Shown: positions 24,831 to 37,480 of the stretch, one piece after another
How the letters are laid out: each line of letters opens with the position of its first letter
Position numbering within the stretch: the first letter of the stretch is position 1
DNA from: Camelus dromedarius
Lineage: Eukaryota
NCBI RefSeq assembly: GCF_036321535.1
Contig: NC_087436.1
Coordinates: 105,960,001 to 106,024,000, forward strand
Length of the DNA stretch: 64,000 nucleotides
Direction: 5' to 3'
Translations under genes and position numbers: made by a program
Notes under the pieces: model-generated
The model's database searches: none
The model's input: the letters and a program-made list of their open reading frames with translations, nothing else
What the model was told of the DNA's origin: nothing

Positions 24831-25080
24831 GCCTTTTTTTTTTTTTTTTTTTTTTTAAGTGAAGTACAAAGTCCCCTTTGGTGGAGGAATAAACTTCACC
24901 TCTTTGGTGTTGGCAGTTCTCTGGATCAACCTAAGACCTGCAGTTACAGCAAAGGCAAAAGTGTTTATAGTTAAAGGCTGGGTAGCACCCCTGGAAACCC
25001 AAAAAGGCCCCAGCCCCTAAGTGGGGTTCAGAGACTCCAGGAATGTTGGAGTTGGGACAGGCTCTTGGAGATGACCTCAC

Positions 25081-25236
25081 CAGCAGTCCTCCAACTGGCT
25101 ACGTGTTAGAACCACCCTGGAAGCTTTACAGGTACAAATCTCCAGCCACGCTAACCCATTAAACTCTTCCCAGGGTGGTTTCTAAAGCTCTTCAGGTGAT
25201 TGGATTCTAACTTGGAGCCAACTTTGGGAACCACTG
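25081..25236. mobile_element. MER5-type hAT-Charlie MITE inside a MIR-like fragment
   Basis: CAGCAGTCCTCCAACT ... CAGGTGATT...TTTGGGAACCACTG termini. Confidence 0.68.
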
Positions 25237-25430
25237 ATTTAGGCCAACCCCCTCGCTTGGCACTTAAGTAAACCCAAAGCCAACAGGTTCTGTGACATGG
25301 CCAAGGTCACAAAGTTGGTGAAGAAAAGACTGGGAAGGAGACTGTAGCCTGTGTCCTTAGTGTAGCTGCTGCCTCAGAGAGAGCGGAACAAGCCTGAGCT
25401 GTGCATGAAAACGTGCTCCTCCCAGGGTGT

Positions 25431-25510
25431 GGGAGGGTGTGGCTCAGTGGCAAGGCGCATGCTTAGCAGCCCGGGTTCAATCCCTGCTCTGGCTGCTCTG
25501 TGTAATAAAC
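25431..25510 (+). mobile_element. Short, internally deleted tRNA-Ala-derived SINE or tRNA pseudogene
   Basis: GGGAGGGTGTGGCTCAGTGGCAAGGCGCATGCTTAGCAGCCCGGGTTCAATCCC. The ~10 nt after the anticodon are missing and there is no normal tail. Confidence 0.75.
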
Positions 25511-25830
25511 GGGGCCGCATGCTTCTCCTTTGTGGCTGGCCCTGGGCCACGGAGAGGTCCAGTCTAAGTGAAACCAGAAGGCCTTTGACTGGATCAAGAG
25601 TCATCATCATAGGCTAAGGGTATTGCTATTGAAGAATGAGATTCCAGCCTAATACTACGATGATCCTAGTAACAAGGCTTCTCAAATTGAAGTCATTTGC
25701 CTTCTATAATTTTTGGAGTCATATCGAAATATGTCTCTCTCTATATGTCATATCTCTATAAGTATATCCATTTCTTTGTCATATCTGTACACCATCACTA
25801 TCATTTACTACCCAATCCGTCTTGGATCCA

Positions 25831-25922
25831 TTAAGCCAAATCATATGAAAAGGCCAATTTTTGACCATTTCTGATCTTAATAAGAAAAAATACGACCAGT
25901 GGTTTCACATGGTTTAACCTAA
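25831..25922. mobile_element. MADE2-like mariner MITE, probably inside an older hAT-Charlie remnant (~25670-26030)
   Basis: Degenerate TIRs TTAAGCCAAATCATATGAAA ... TTTCACATGGTTTAACCTAA followed by TA. Confidence 0.7.
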
Positions 25923-28195
25923 TATATTTATCTCACTGTTTTTTCACCTCCAGAAATTTATTCTGAGAAGAAATTTTATGTTACTATTTAAATGGAAAAC
26001 CAGTATCACTTGCTATGAATAGAAGGTTAAAGAACACCAAAAAGTTAGTATATTTAGCTAGACACTTGATGAAGGCTATGAGCCTGAAACCAGTTTTTCT
26101 TTCGTTAAAAAGAGGTATTAACAAGTCTAGGAGGGCGAAGGGAAGTGGTAAAGGTTTATTATCTCCGGGCCAGGACTTTCTCTTTAATGGGATCACAGTG
26201 ATTGAAAAGGGGATGGAAAGGGAACTAGCATGTTATTTGATGTGGCGCCGGCCCTACTAAGTACAGTGGCTTTCTTCTGCTGGCGGAGCCACCCCGCACA
26301 GTGGGTACCTTGAGCCACAGGACCCGGTCTTGACTCGCAAAGCCCCTGATAATTCGGTGGGTGGGCGGGCACGAAAGATGAAATTCTTGGCTGCCTGTCT
26401 TCATTGTGACTGAATCGAATGTGTTGACGGGGCACTTGTGCCTTCTTGAATAATTATGCAACAGCAAATATGCCAAAATTCTTCTTGCTGCATTTATAGC
26501 TTCAGCTTTGCAGGGTGTTAAAAAAGCATGGCGTGCTACCAGTTATGGTGTTTTTAAAAAGTGAATGAGTTGGATGTTTTTTATTTCTTTCTCTGTATGA
26601 CCCTGAGCAATTTTTGCTGTTTTCTCTGACCTTCAGTTTCCTCATAGATGACTTGGGGATTATACCACTTCCCTTACGTCCTTCCTAGGATGATAATACT
26701 GACAGTGAGATGGGGATTGGAAAGTGGGTTCAGGATGTAAGGTACTGGTGTTGTGCTAATTCAGGTTAACTTCTTTGTAACTTTCACGTCACTGAGAAAA
26801 TTCCCCTCACCACTTGCCCGCATCAGAGAAAACGAACTGTTAGAGGGAAACTGTTTCCTGGATCCCTGATCTCAGAGTTTGAACAGGAGGTGGAAAGCTC
26901 TTTGATTTCAATTCTGTTTTTTAAAAATAAACTTGATGGCTTTTTGTCTGAGTGTCAAAGTGACGTGCATGGCCAGTGAAAACATTTACAGAACAGAAAT
27001 ACGCAAAAAGAAGGAAGTAACGATTATCTGTGCTTTCACCTTGCCCTTTCGGACTTTCTTCTCCATCAATGCTGATATCAAATTACTATATATCTTCAAA
27101 TTCAGTGGCCTCGGGAAGAGGTAATAAGCTTGCCCTGGCTGCAGTCCTCTTCTGAAATGGTGCTTGTCAGAGCCAGCTGGGGTGCTAGTGGGGGACCGAA
27201 GATATGCAGAGTGAGGACCGGGGATAAAGGCTTGTCTCTGGTCCATTGTCAGAGAGTTTGAATCTTCTCATTTCAAAGGAAAGAATGAAACAGTCTGAAA
27301 GAAACTGAGTTAACATTGCCATCTCCTGACTGTTCCCTTTCTGTTTCTTGTGCATCTCCTGGTGGATATGTTTCCTTCTAATTTTTGTTTCAGGGGAAGT
27401 CCTGCCTTTCATACATGTGAAGTTTCAATGGCCTCCCTTCAGCTTAATGCTTAAGAAATTAATTATAATATGAACCACTTTATTGCACAGCCTGTGTGGA
27501 ACAGGACACTTAAAGGTTTTTTTGCAAATTTCTTGTGGCGTTAAATTACATGATACAAATGCATAGAGTTGCATATGGATATTTTAAAAGCCCTCGTTCA
27601 GAGGATCTGCCTTAAGATGACTAAGTTCCATCTCGAAGAGAGAAACTCAAAAATTCGATTCCATTATAGTTGGCATCTTAGTTACCCAGCTTCAGATAAG
27701 AATATAGAAAAAAGAGAACTAGAAGCAATATTGGGAGAAAGGGGAGAGACAACTTTTAAAATAAATGTTCTAAATTTGCATGTGGGTTACCATGACTACG
27801 AAATATCTTTATCGCTTATTGAAAGTATCTGTTAACCTTCTGTGGCTGTCTGTCCCATCTATAGCTTTATTTCGGGATTGCTACCCTAAAATTGTACCAA
27901 ACTTCAAAATTGTCCCTTTAACAGATTGCTGAGTCTGAGTTGGAGTCGTCCAGCTTGGATACGCATGGTGTTTGGAACTCACTCCTTCTTACTGCAGTTT
28001 CCATCTCACATTTGACCCAGCTGGTTAAGACGAGTCACGTCTGACATCTTAACATATAGCAAAGTGTTTAGGTTTCTGTGACTTGAAAGTGAATTAGAAA
28101 TATCTCAGTCATTTTGGCAAGTTGTGGGGAGGTATTTTTAGAAAACCTTACTTATATAATTTTGAGGTCTTTTCCTTTCTCTGTTCTCCATGTAG

Positions 28196-28204
28196 AAACC
28201 ATAG
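28196..28204 (+). other. Candidate 9-nt microexon (or recursive splice site at 28204/28205)
   Basis: TCTTTTCCTTTCTCTGTTCTCCATGTAG|AAACCATAG|GTAAGT: a pyrimidine tract, an AG acceptor and a perfect donor. Confidence 0.3.
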
Positions 28205-31200
28205 GTAAGTGTGGAAAAGTACCAAAGGGGGAAGGTATTTTGTGTCCCTTGAAGAAAAGGTTAAAATTCCTTGCCACGCCCCTGGAGGAATATGATTGCC
28301 CTGATTGTACCTGTTTATTAGAGTGTTTTAGAGCTTCTGGTCATGCTGGGGGCTGGCCAAAGCACCCCCTACCTCTTCAAGCATGAAAAGAGCCTGAAAA
28401 TGGCCAGATTGGTGCTTTTTTTTTTTCTTTTTCCTATAGCCACGGAGAAACAACAAAACCAGTGTAGATATTAATACATATCTACTCAATAAGAATGTTT
28501 ATAGAAAATAAAACTGCTATTTCAAAGAAAACAAGAGAGGAAAAGACTTTTTTTAGGCATTTAAAGATCACTCGATATCTTCCTAGTGTTTCCTCTAAAT
28601 TACTTACTTAATCTGGAATTACTCTCTGCTTTCATAATTCAAGCCCCTGGAGTTTGCGGTTGAGGTGGCTTAGCTGACAGGATTCCTGACATATTTGCTC
28701 ACTGTGAAGCCCATTTCATCTGGAATTTTCTAGCCTGTGAACCTACTATACTGAAGCTTTTAAATAAGTGCCTTTTAAGTCAAGAGGGCTGTTGGGGAAC
28801 AGCACTTTGCTGTCTGTGTCTTCTCTTTCAAACTTGATTCTAAATTAAACAATTTGATTCTCATGACTGATTTGGCCCAATCGTGGCTATTCAGTGTATG
28901 TGTCTCTGATGGAGGAAATTTGGGGTTATCGTCGTCCCTTGCGATTTGCCTCAGGACCACCCCCCACTTCCTCCTCAGGTGCCCACTTTTCCTTCCGCAG
29001 GAGTGGTTACTAACCCCTGGGCTCCTACCAGTCATTACTGACCATTAACCCAAATGCTTCTCTTGACAGCAATAGCTTTCTAAAAGGACTAAAGCCACAT
29101 TTCAGCAATTTTATCCATTATGACCTATTTTGAATGTCCACACTGGAAGATAGCAGGGGTCTAACAGGTCTACAACCCTGCTTGACGCCCACAAGTGTGC
29201 ATGTCAAATAGCCATCCCTCGAGCACTGACTCCTCCCCTCCCAAGATGTTCCTGGCGGGAATCCCAGCATAGCTGTCATCGGCTGAGCATGATTAGAATT
29301 GGAAGGTAACAGAAAAGGGAAGAAAATTCTTATTTTTATTTCAGAGGGCAGAAAGTCCTACCCATGGCTGGTATCAGTGGAATTCTTCTGTGAATGACCT
29401 CTAGGAAGGGCCTGCCCAACTTAGGTTTTGCTGGCTCCCAGCTCCTCACAATGGGGCGCTGACTGAAAATAGCGTAGAATTAAGATCTTGGGGAGGGCAG
29501 AGGAGACCGCCTTGGAACCAGGGTCGAGTCTTTCGAGTACCATCTCCCTGGGCAGGCGTGGCCTCTGGCAGCCCCCCAGACATTTAATGCTGCTGGTTTC
29601 ATTGGTATGAGTTTTGTGTCACTCGATTCTCCTGAAAGCAGGAGGCAAAAAATATTTGCTGTTGGTCGTGGTGTGAGGAGGCTTAAAGTAGAAGTTAAGG
29701 GCAGTAAAACAAAACAAAACAAAGACTCCTTTTCTTAGCTAGATCAGTAGTAGTTGAGTCAAATGTTATAGCAGAAAGTCATCAATTAATCCTTCCCGGA
29801 TTAGGAAGGTTTCAGGTAAATATCGCTCTCACATAAATCGGTAGAGAGTCAATAAAAAATTGGCCTAATCATTTCAATAAATATGACATGATTTCTTTTC
29901 TCATTAAAGATTTAAAGAGTAATGCTACATAAACGGTAACTTCCCTCAATGAATGGAACTGAATAAAATATGTGAAAACAATGTTTTAGCTGGCTTGAGG
30001 AAGGAGAGGCTGATGTTTTGGTTTAAATGCCAGAGAACCATATATTTGACTTACTGTTTTGGTGGTGTGAATTTCAACTCTTGGTTTGGTAATTTCTGAC
30101 CGATGACTCTTCCAGACGGGTTCAAGCCCAGTGGTTTTCATTCTTGGGTGGATCAGAGAGTGCGGAACTGTTCAGCTCCTCCTTCTCTCCCTCCCAAGCT
30201 GATGATTATGAGAGGAGCCAGATTGGAAGAGGGTAGCATACTAAGTGATCTGGCTGTTCTGAATTTTTCATTGTATATTCTCTAATTTTGAGCCTGTCAA
30301 GTATTATCTGTCAATCATCAGTGTATAGCTTGTTAAGATTACAGACTCGTGAATGTGCACAGGAGACTGACTAAATCCTGTGATTAGCAACGAAACTATT
30401 AAAAAAATGTCGAAGCATAGGTTAAAAAAATAAAGAAAAAAACCTATTGCTAATAAAGACATCAATGTTTACTCATGAGAAATAGAAAATAAGTGATTGG
30501 GAACAAAAAGCATCTTGGAGAATGCAGCCCAACTGAAATTTATCTGATGTACATTTAATAATATAATAACAATGCTGTGTACCCATGATGCTTAAGAACA
30601 AGAAGGATTATTAGATTTGTGCATGGAAGGTAAAAATCACTGCAAAGAATTGCTTTGGGGAATGTACAAGATACAGGAAGCGAAATGAAAAAAAAAAAAT
30701 ACAAGGCAGATGACTGGTTTCTCTGTATTGCTGGGGAGATTTAATTAATTGCTAATATAGCACTGAGCCATGAATTACTCTATCATCACCATTGTTTCAA
30801 TTTCAGAATTTTCCTCTTAAATACAAATTCATTAGAAAAGAAGAAAATGTCACTGGGCAGGGACTAAGTTTATGATTTTGAATGTTAAATTTTTCACAGT
30901 CATCTGTACAATATTGAGAAACCCTGTGAAGCCATTTAAAAATAATTTGGAATATCTTTTTTCTTTATTGTGGTGGGAGGCCTTATTTTGTTCAGAAGTC
31001 CCATTGAAATCTGAAATAGATCGATGAACTTTTCAATTATTCAATGCCGTCTCTGCCTTAGTTTGTTATTGAAGGTATTTGAGAATCAGCAGGGTGGAGT
31101 AAAAAGGGCCAGGGTTTCAGACTCAAACAGATCTGATTCAAATCCTAGATGTAGCATTTGTCGGAGGTGTGACCCCTGTGCAGGCAACATAACTTCCATG

Positions 31201-31794
31201 AGCCTTAGTCTTCAGCTATGTAGAGGCAGGTCACGGGGATTAGTAATCATTCATTCATCTGCTGTTATTCAGGTCTGCCAGTGTAGCAAGCATTGTGCTC
31301 AATGCTCCAGATTCAATCCAAGGATCGTAGTTGGAGCTAACATTTACTGAGAGCTTATCAGGTATCGGATATTGTGCTGATCATTCCGTGTGTATTGTCT
31401 AATTCAATGCTCACAGCAGCTCTGTAACACATGCATGTGTATAGGTATGTGCACACACACACATATACAAGATATAGAACTACATATTAGGCCCGGGATG
31501 CTTTGCTCTCAGGAAAGATCGGTTTCCTCATTGGAGGGAAGTTGGGAATTCTTTGATTTTTTTTTCTGTCTTCTTTGCTTATTATTCTTAGAAAGATGAA
31601 AGGCTCAAGTATTACTTACCTGAACAGTTAGAGAAGAAAGATGTAAGAACATGATGCCATAAGAGACAGGGAGAAGCCAGAGATCTTCGCCCTTTGCAGA
31701 GTTGGAGGGCGGGGGCAGGGTGGGGGCGTCATTGAGGCAACCTAACCTCCCTGGAAGCAACATCACAAGAGTTTATGGTTTAAGTGCTTGCTAC

Positions 31795-31988
31795 TTTTTT
31801 TTTTCAAAAAAATTTTTAATGTGTGATCTTATCTTTTTTTTGGCTGCAATTTAATTTTATTTTTGTGGGGGGAGGTAATTAGGTATATTTATTTATTTAT
31901 TTTTAATTTATTGGAGGTACTGGGGATCGAACCCAGGACCTTAATGCATGCTAAACACACACTATACCACTAACCTATACCCTCCCCC
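31795..31988 (-). mobile_element. tRNA-Ala-derived SINE (Vic-1 type)
   Basis: GGGGGGAGGTAATTAGG...TGGAGGTACTGGGGATCGAACCCAGGACC...CTATACCCTCCCCC. Diverged TSD AAGTGCTTGCTACTTTT / AAATACTTGCCACTTTT. Confidence 0.93.
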
Positions 31989-33512
31989 AAATACTTGCCA
32001 CTTTTAATGTAGCACTTTGTGCCTGAACATCCCTTTTGCTGAAATGTCATGCAAATCAGTGTTTGCCATGTATTAATTCAGAGGGAAAAGGGACGGTGTG
32101 ATTGCCCACAGGAAACCCCTTCATCGAGTCTGAGTATCTTTATTATAAATAAGCCTCCAGCACCTTAACTGGAAATACTTTATATTCATCTGAATGGCCT
32201 GCTTTCTCTCTCCACTCCCGAAAGCTAGGAGTGATGGATCATCCGCTGTTGATATTTGCAAGCCGATTATTTTGCAGTTGTGGTGGTTGTTAAAAGAGGT
32301 GGACTTATTCTGGGGATCTTGGGCATCTAAAGCTTAATCTCCTAAGAAAATCTTTAGCCAAGTCAGGTTTTTAATCGCTGTGTTAGTCATCCTACTGATT
32401 ACATAAGGAGCACTGTAGGAGCATTTCAAATGCCACCAGCTCTTGGCAGCAGAATGACAATGAGGATGAAGTATTAAAAACTAGGTACCCATAAAGGCAG
32501 ACATGGAGAGAGTGTCTCCAACTCCCTGCTCCCGAATATGCCTCCACATTAATTTCCCTCCTTTAGAAGAGAACTCACTGGAAGAAAAGCCTAATTTGAA
32601 TTAATTATTTGCGCATATGGTGTGTTCCTGATGTCAGCTAATGCTACATTAAGGACAGACATGCTGGGCACCCATTAAATAATCAAGTAAATATTTGTAT
32701 TGTTTATGATAAACTGGTTCCTTCTGTGGGTATTTTCTGTCTTTGTAAACATTCCTTTAGTAGGCAGACTTTGTTGGGGCTTCATACCAGGCTCAAATCT
32801 GACAAAGAACGCTGTTTAAATTCCAAATCTGACAAAGAAACCTCACACCCACTGTGTTTTTTTTGGAGCTAAGTGAATATTTAGTAACACTTTAATATAA
32901 TAGCCTGATTATTATGGTATATTACTGAACTGAATGCCATGTTAATAACATTAATCGCATGGACTCATTCTTGTTTTAGTCTGAATGTTATAAGTACTTC
33001 TATATGATTTCCACTATAATTCAATAGTAATTAGTGATACAATTACTTCAAGCTGGCACCAAATGTTTATATTGAGCCAACATGAATGTTAGGTCTCAAC
33101 ATATAAGGGAGCCCAGCCTCTGAATAAAAGATTGGGGCCAACATAAGTCAACCCAATTTTTCTTTGGCAAGATGTATTATAAAATTGGAACATACACAAG
33201 GTTTAGAAATGCTCCGAGTACATGAATGAGGTTGACTTTCACACTCTTCACCGAAGGTCACATTGTCACGGGGAAATATGCGAAGGCATTGTCTCTGGGC
33301 ACATTTCCTGAAAAGAATCCAGTGTCTGAGAAAAGCTTGAACTGAGAGTCGCAGAGAATGACACCCGGTAGAGGAAATGCCTCAGGATCTGTGCTTGGCA
33401 GTTGTCTGAATAGAATTTCCTAATGATTATTGGGGCCCTTTGGAATCAGGTCCTTATAATGATTCTTGTTCAGTGAGCTTTAGGACATTTTGATTTTTTT
33501 TTTTTTTTGCAG

Positions 33513-33577
33513 GCGTGATATTTCAAAGGGGCCTCTGTATGTGGTCTCCAGTGCCTCTCTTTGTCTTGTAAAGGAAG
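33513..33577 (+). other. Candidate 65-nt exon
   Basis: T15-GCAG acceptor and AAG|GTATGT donor. One open frame (RDISKGPLYVVSSASLCLVKE), not recognised. Confidence 0.22.
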
Positions 33578-34069
33578 GTATGTTTAGCATCCTTCTGTTG
33601 AAACCCAAGTGTGGAAGCTAGTGGAAGAGCTTAACCAGGATCCTTGGGAACAGACTGTGCCTGACTATGTCAGCTAATGGACATGAGTGTAACCGCTTGG
33701 ATGAAGAGACTTGCAGACAGCCTCTAGATGTTTCTTGGAAAGTTAGATGCAAGGATCTCATTCCTTTTCTGGAAGTGAGGAGAATGGGGCCAAGAAACAC
33801 TTGTATTTACTTTAAGGCAAAGCAGCTAGTCATAGGCTACTTCTTGGCGGTGGAATCTATTTTGTGGAGGGGAAGAAAAACCTAATCATTTTATCTTCCT
33901 CTGCACCCTACTTTAAAAAAAAAGCAAAAAACCTCTGAGTGAATTTACTTTTTCTGGAATCCCAGGAAAAGCATATCTGTGATCATTTGATCATGAATGA
34001 ATCCATTCATTCATTCACGGGTTCAACAAACTTCTTATTAATTGTCTGCTAGGTCTCAGGAATTGTGCT

Positions 34070-34630
34070 TGAGCGGCAGTCGGTGCCGGAGTCCGGAGCA
34101 GCAAGACGAGATGGTGGGAGATAAGTTTTTTTTTAAAAAGTAAGATGGTCACATCCAGTATCTGAAGTGGGGGAGCTTCTCAAAGGGTAGGCCCCTGGGA
34201 GTGGGGACTCACACCTGGAGTTCCTGCAGGACACGCCCCCTGGGTCCAGAATGTGAAGAATAGTCTATAAATTGCAACACTGAAGGAATGCGAGTTTTGC
34301 AGGGGCCTTGGTCTTGTCAGTCTGCAAGTTTTATTATGACAGAAAAACTCCCTGAGAATGTCAGGATCGGGCTGACGTCCCGTTTATTGTTGTGTTTTTA
34401 TTCCCTGTGTGGAAAATTCTTCTGGACAACGCGTTTGTGTTTGAGGACACTGTCTGGTCCAAGGGGAGGATCAGGCTTTACGTTCTTGCCGGGAGCCCGC
34501 CCCCTTCCCTCTGCTGCCTTCCTGATCTCGTACCTGTCAGAGCACAGTTCCTTTCGCGGATGGTGCAGCCTTGGCCTGTTGAACAACAGAAGGCGGGCGT
34601 TGTCACGTGGGCTAGGAATGCTGCTGCGTT
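34070..34630. promoter_or_regulatory. CpG-retaining candidate enhancer or alternative promoter
   Basis: About 20 CpGs. CRE-like TGACGTC at 34373-34379, GC box CCCGCCCC at 34496-34503, and E box GTCACGTG at 34602-34609. Confidence 0.45.
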
Positions 34631-34810
34631 TTTTGTGTGTTAGTGTCCTGACTATCCGTTTCTCTAGCTTTCACCTGTGTATCTTGCATTTAAAAATAAT
34701 ACTAGATTTTTTCTCTTCGAAGCTTTAAGCGTGAAAGTTAAAATAGAGTCATTCCAATAGTAAATGATCAAACTCAGGGTGTTACACACACAAGCCATCT
34801 ATAGAAGAGG

Positions 34811-34870
34811 ACACAGAGAGAGAGAGAGACAAGAGAGAGACAGACAGACACAGACAGACAGACAGAGAGA
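34811..34870. repeat. (AG)n/(ACAG)n compound microsatellite
   Basis: Seen directly. Confidence 0.9.
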
Positions 34871-35889
34871 ATGAATTCATCTCCTCTGGGGGAAGCTCAT
34901 GAGATTCTTGCTGATAGTGGCTGTGAAAGAAAAGAGCCTCCATTTCCAGCCTTATTGACTGTATTGCTGTGGGAACTTAGCAGATCAACTCTCAGAGGTA
35001 AGCTGGGGAGTTTTAGGTTCTCTGAATCTCTGATGTATTTCATATATGCTGTTTTCCCATTTGTCATTTAGATCAGATTGTCTTTCCTCGTCCCTCGAAG
35101 GCCTTTTGAGCTCTGGCCCCTGCTACGTCTTTCATCTGTCTTTTGCTACCCTCTCCTTCCCCCGCACCCCCAGCTGCCACGTTCTCTTGTGTCTTGACCA
35201 CACGTCATGCAAGTCCCTGCCTCATTACCCACTCTCATCCGCCTGCAATTTCCATTCTCCTCACCCAAGGTGAGAAGGTGTGCGGGCAGCTGGACACAGG
35301 GTGAGAAGCTGGGGCAGAGTCTGGGCTGGAGGTACCCAGGAGGGGTGGCATCTGCTTGGAGATGGTAGTGTATGCTACAGGACCAGATCTCTGGAGAAGA
35401 GTGTATGTCCTGAAGAGATGAGGTGTAAGGATTGCTCCTAAAAAGCTCTAAAAATGCTTTAGTGGTCAGGAGATGGGGAGAAGGATCTGGATGAAGATAA
35501 TTTGGTTATGCCTGTCTTCTTACAAGGTCTGAGCTCGTGGAGAGCAGCAACCATTGTTCTATTCCCGGCTCCTGGCATGGGCGCTGACATAGAGAGGCTG
35601 GCTCTACATAAATGTTTGCAAACAAACGAACAGGGAAATTTCTCTGTTTTTAAACCATAAAGAAACACACAACATCAGTGGGAAAATCATAACCAACAGA
35701 AACGAGGGTCTTGGTTTGTTTGTAGCCAGCCCAACGTGTTTGTCATGGCCCCTGCTCTTCCATGCTGTCTGCCAGGTATGGAAAAAGGATGTGTGTGTGA
35801 CAGTGGGGGTGGAACAGGACGAGAGCATGTCTTCTTTGCTGAGCTTCTCCATGGGATCAGCTGCTGAAAAAGGCCAAGCCACCCCCAGG

Positions 35890-36230
35890 CATCACTAGTC
35901 CAAGTCCTGCATCAGGGCATGGGAAGTCATCTTCACATTGTGCTGTGCAGTGGTCCAGCCACACCTGAGGGAACTCAGCTCTGAGAAACTGGCAACAGGG
36001 ATGGTGAGTTTCCATAGATCCTGGATGTTACGCTGAGGGGTTTTGAAGTCAAGGCATTGTTAGAGTAGGGAGACCACGTGAGAAGAAACAGGATCACCAT
36101 CTTTGAATATTTATAGTTTTATCAAGGGGAAAAAGATGAGACTAGTATTACATTCTGGAAGGCAAAACTAAGAGCATTGGGCAGAAATGGCACTGAGGGT
36201 ATTTACATGTAGCATAAGAATTTGTGTCAT
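35890..36230 (+). mobile_element. L3/CR1 ORF2 C-terminal fragment (probably resuming at ~37480-37620)
   Basis: GCAGTGGTCCAGCCACACCTGAG, CACCATCTTTGAATATTTA and GGAAGGCAAAACTAAGAGCATTGGG resemble mammalian L3. Confidence 0.55.
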
Positions 36231-36269
36231 TAAAGCCTGTCATGATTAAGGGAGTTAACAAAAAACCGT

Positions 36270-36422
36270 GTTTAAGAGCATGGACTAGAAGCCAGAGTGC
36301 GTGGGTATGAATCTGGCCTCTGTTTAATGTGTGATCTTTGCAAGTTACTTAACCTCTCAGTGCCTCAGTTGTCACCGCTGTAAAATGGGAATAATGATAG
36401 GGTCTATTTCTTAGGGTAGTTT
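36270..36422 (+). mobile_element. MIR SINE 5' part (3' part at ~37174-37250), split by an L1
   Basis: GCAAGTTACTTAACCTCTCAGTGCCTCAGTT...CTGTAAAATGGGAATAAT. Continues as AGATTAAAT...CAGTACCTGGCACATGG after the L1. Confidence 0.8.
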
Positions 36423-37173
36423 TATTTTTAAACATTTAAAACTTTTTAAAATTGAAGTATAGTTGCCGTACAGTATTATGTAAGTTATAGGTATACAATT
36501 GCAATTCACAATTTTTAAAGGTTATACTCATCTATAGTTATTATTAAATACTGGCTGTATTCTCCATGTTGTTCAATATATCCTTGTAGCTTATTTGATA
36601 CCTAATAACTTGTACCTCTTAGTCCCCTACCTCTATATTGCCCCTTCTGCTTCCCTCTCCCCACTGGTAGCCACTAGTTTGTTCTCTAGATCTGTGAGTC
36701 TGCTTCTTTTCTGTTATATTCCCTAGTTTGTTATTTGTTGTATTCCTTAGGTTCCACATATAAGTGATATCATATGGTATTTGTTTTTCTCTGTCTGACT
36801 TATTTCACTTAGCATAATGTCCTCCAAGTCCATCCATGTTGCTGCAAATGACAAGATTTTGTTCTTTTTAATGGCTGAATAGTATTCCATTTTATATATA
36901 CCACAGCTTCTTCATCCATTCATCTGTTAATGGATACTTAGGTTGCTTCCATATCTTAGCAATTGTAAATAATGCTGCTGTGAACATTGGGGTGCATGCA
37001 TCTTTTTGAGTTAGTGTCTTTGTTTTTTTTTGGATATGTACCCAGGAGTGGAATTGCTGGGTCATATGGTAGTTCTATTTTTAGTTTTTTGAGAAACCAC
37101 CATACTGTTTTCCATAGTGGCTACATCACTTTACATTCCCACTAACAGTGTACAAGGGGCCCTTTTCTCCACA
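36423..37173 (-). mobile_element. 5'-truncated LINE-1 3' end
   Basis: L1 3' UTR and ORF2 tail (TCCATCCATGTTGCTGCAAATG, CCCAGGAGTGGAATTGCTGGGTCATATGG). Diverged TSD TCTTAGGGTAGTTT (36409-36422) / TCATAGGGTTCTTT (37174-37187). Confidence 0.93.
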
Positions 37174-37259
37174 TCATAGGGTTCTTTTAAAGATTAAATA
37201 AGTATTTTGAGATCTTGGAGCAGTACCTGGCACATGGAAACACTATTTGTTACACAAAA

Positions 37260-37480
37260 AGAGCTTGGAGTTTGGAGTCAGAGAGACCTGGATTCCAATT
37301 CTGACTGCCACATACTAACTGCCTGACCTTGAGCAGGTTACCAGCCTCAGTTTACTCATCTGTAAAATGGAGTTAGTAACACCTGCTTGAAAAAGTTGTG
37401 AGGATTAAGGAGATAGTATGTATGACGCCCCTGGGATATCACCTGGTATATCTTGAGTACTCATAAATGTTAGGTCTTTA
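37260..37480 (+). mobile_element. MIR SINE
   Basis: TTTGGAGTCAGAGAGACCTGGATTC...GCCTCAGTTTACTCATCTGTAAAATGG. Confidence 0.8.
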
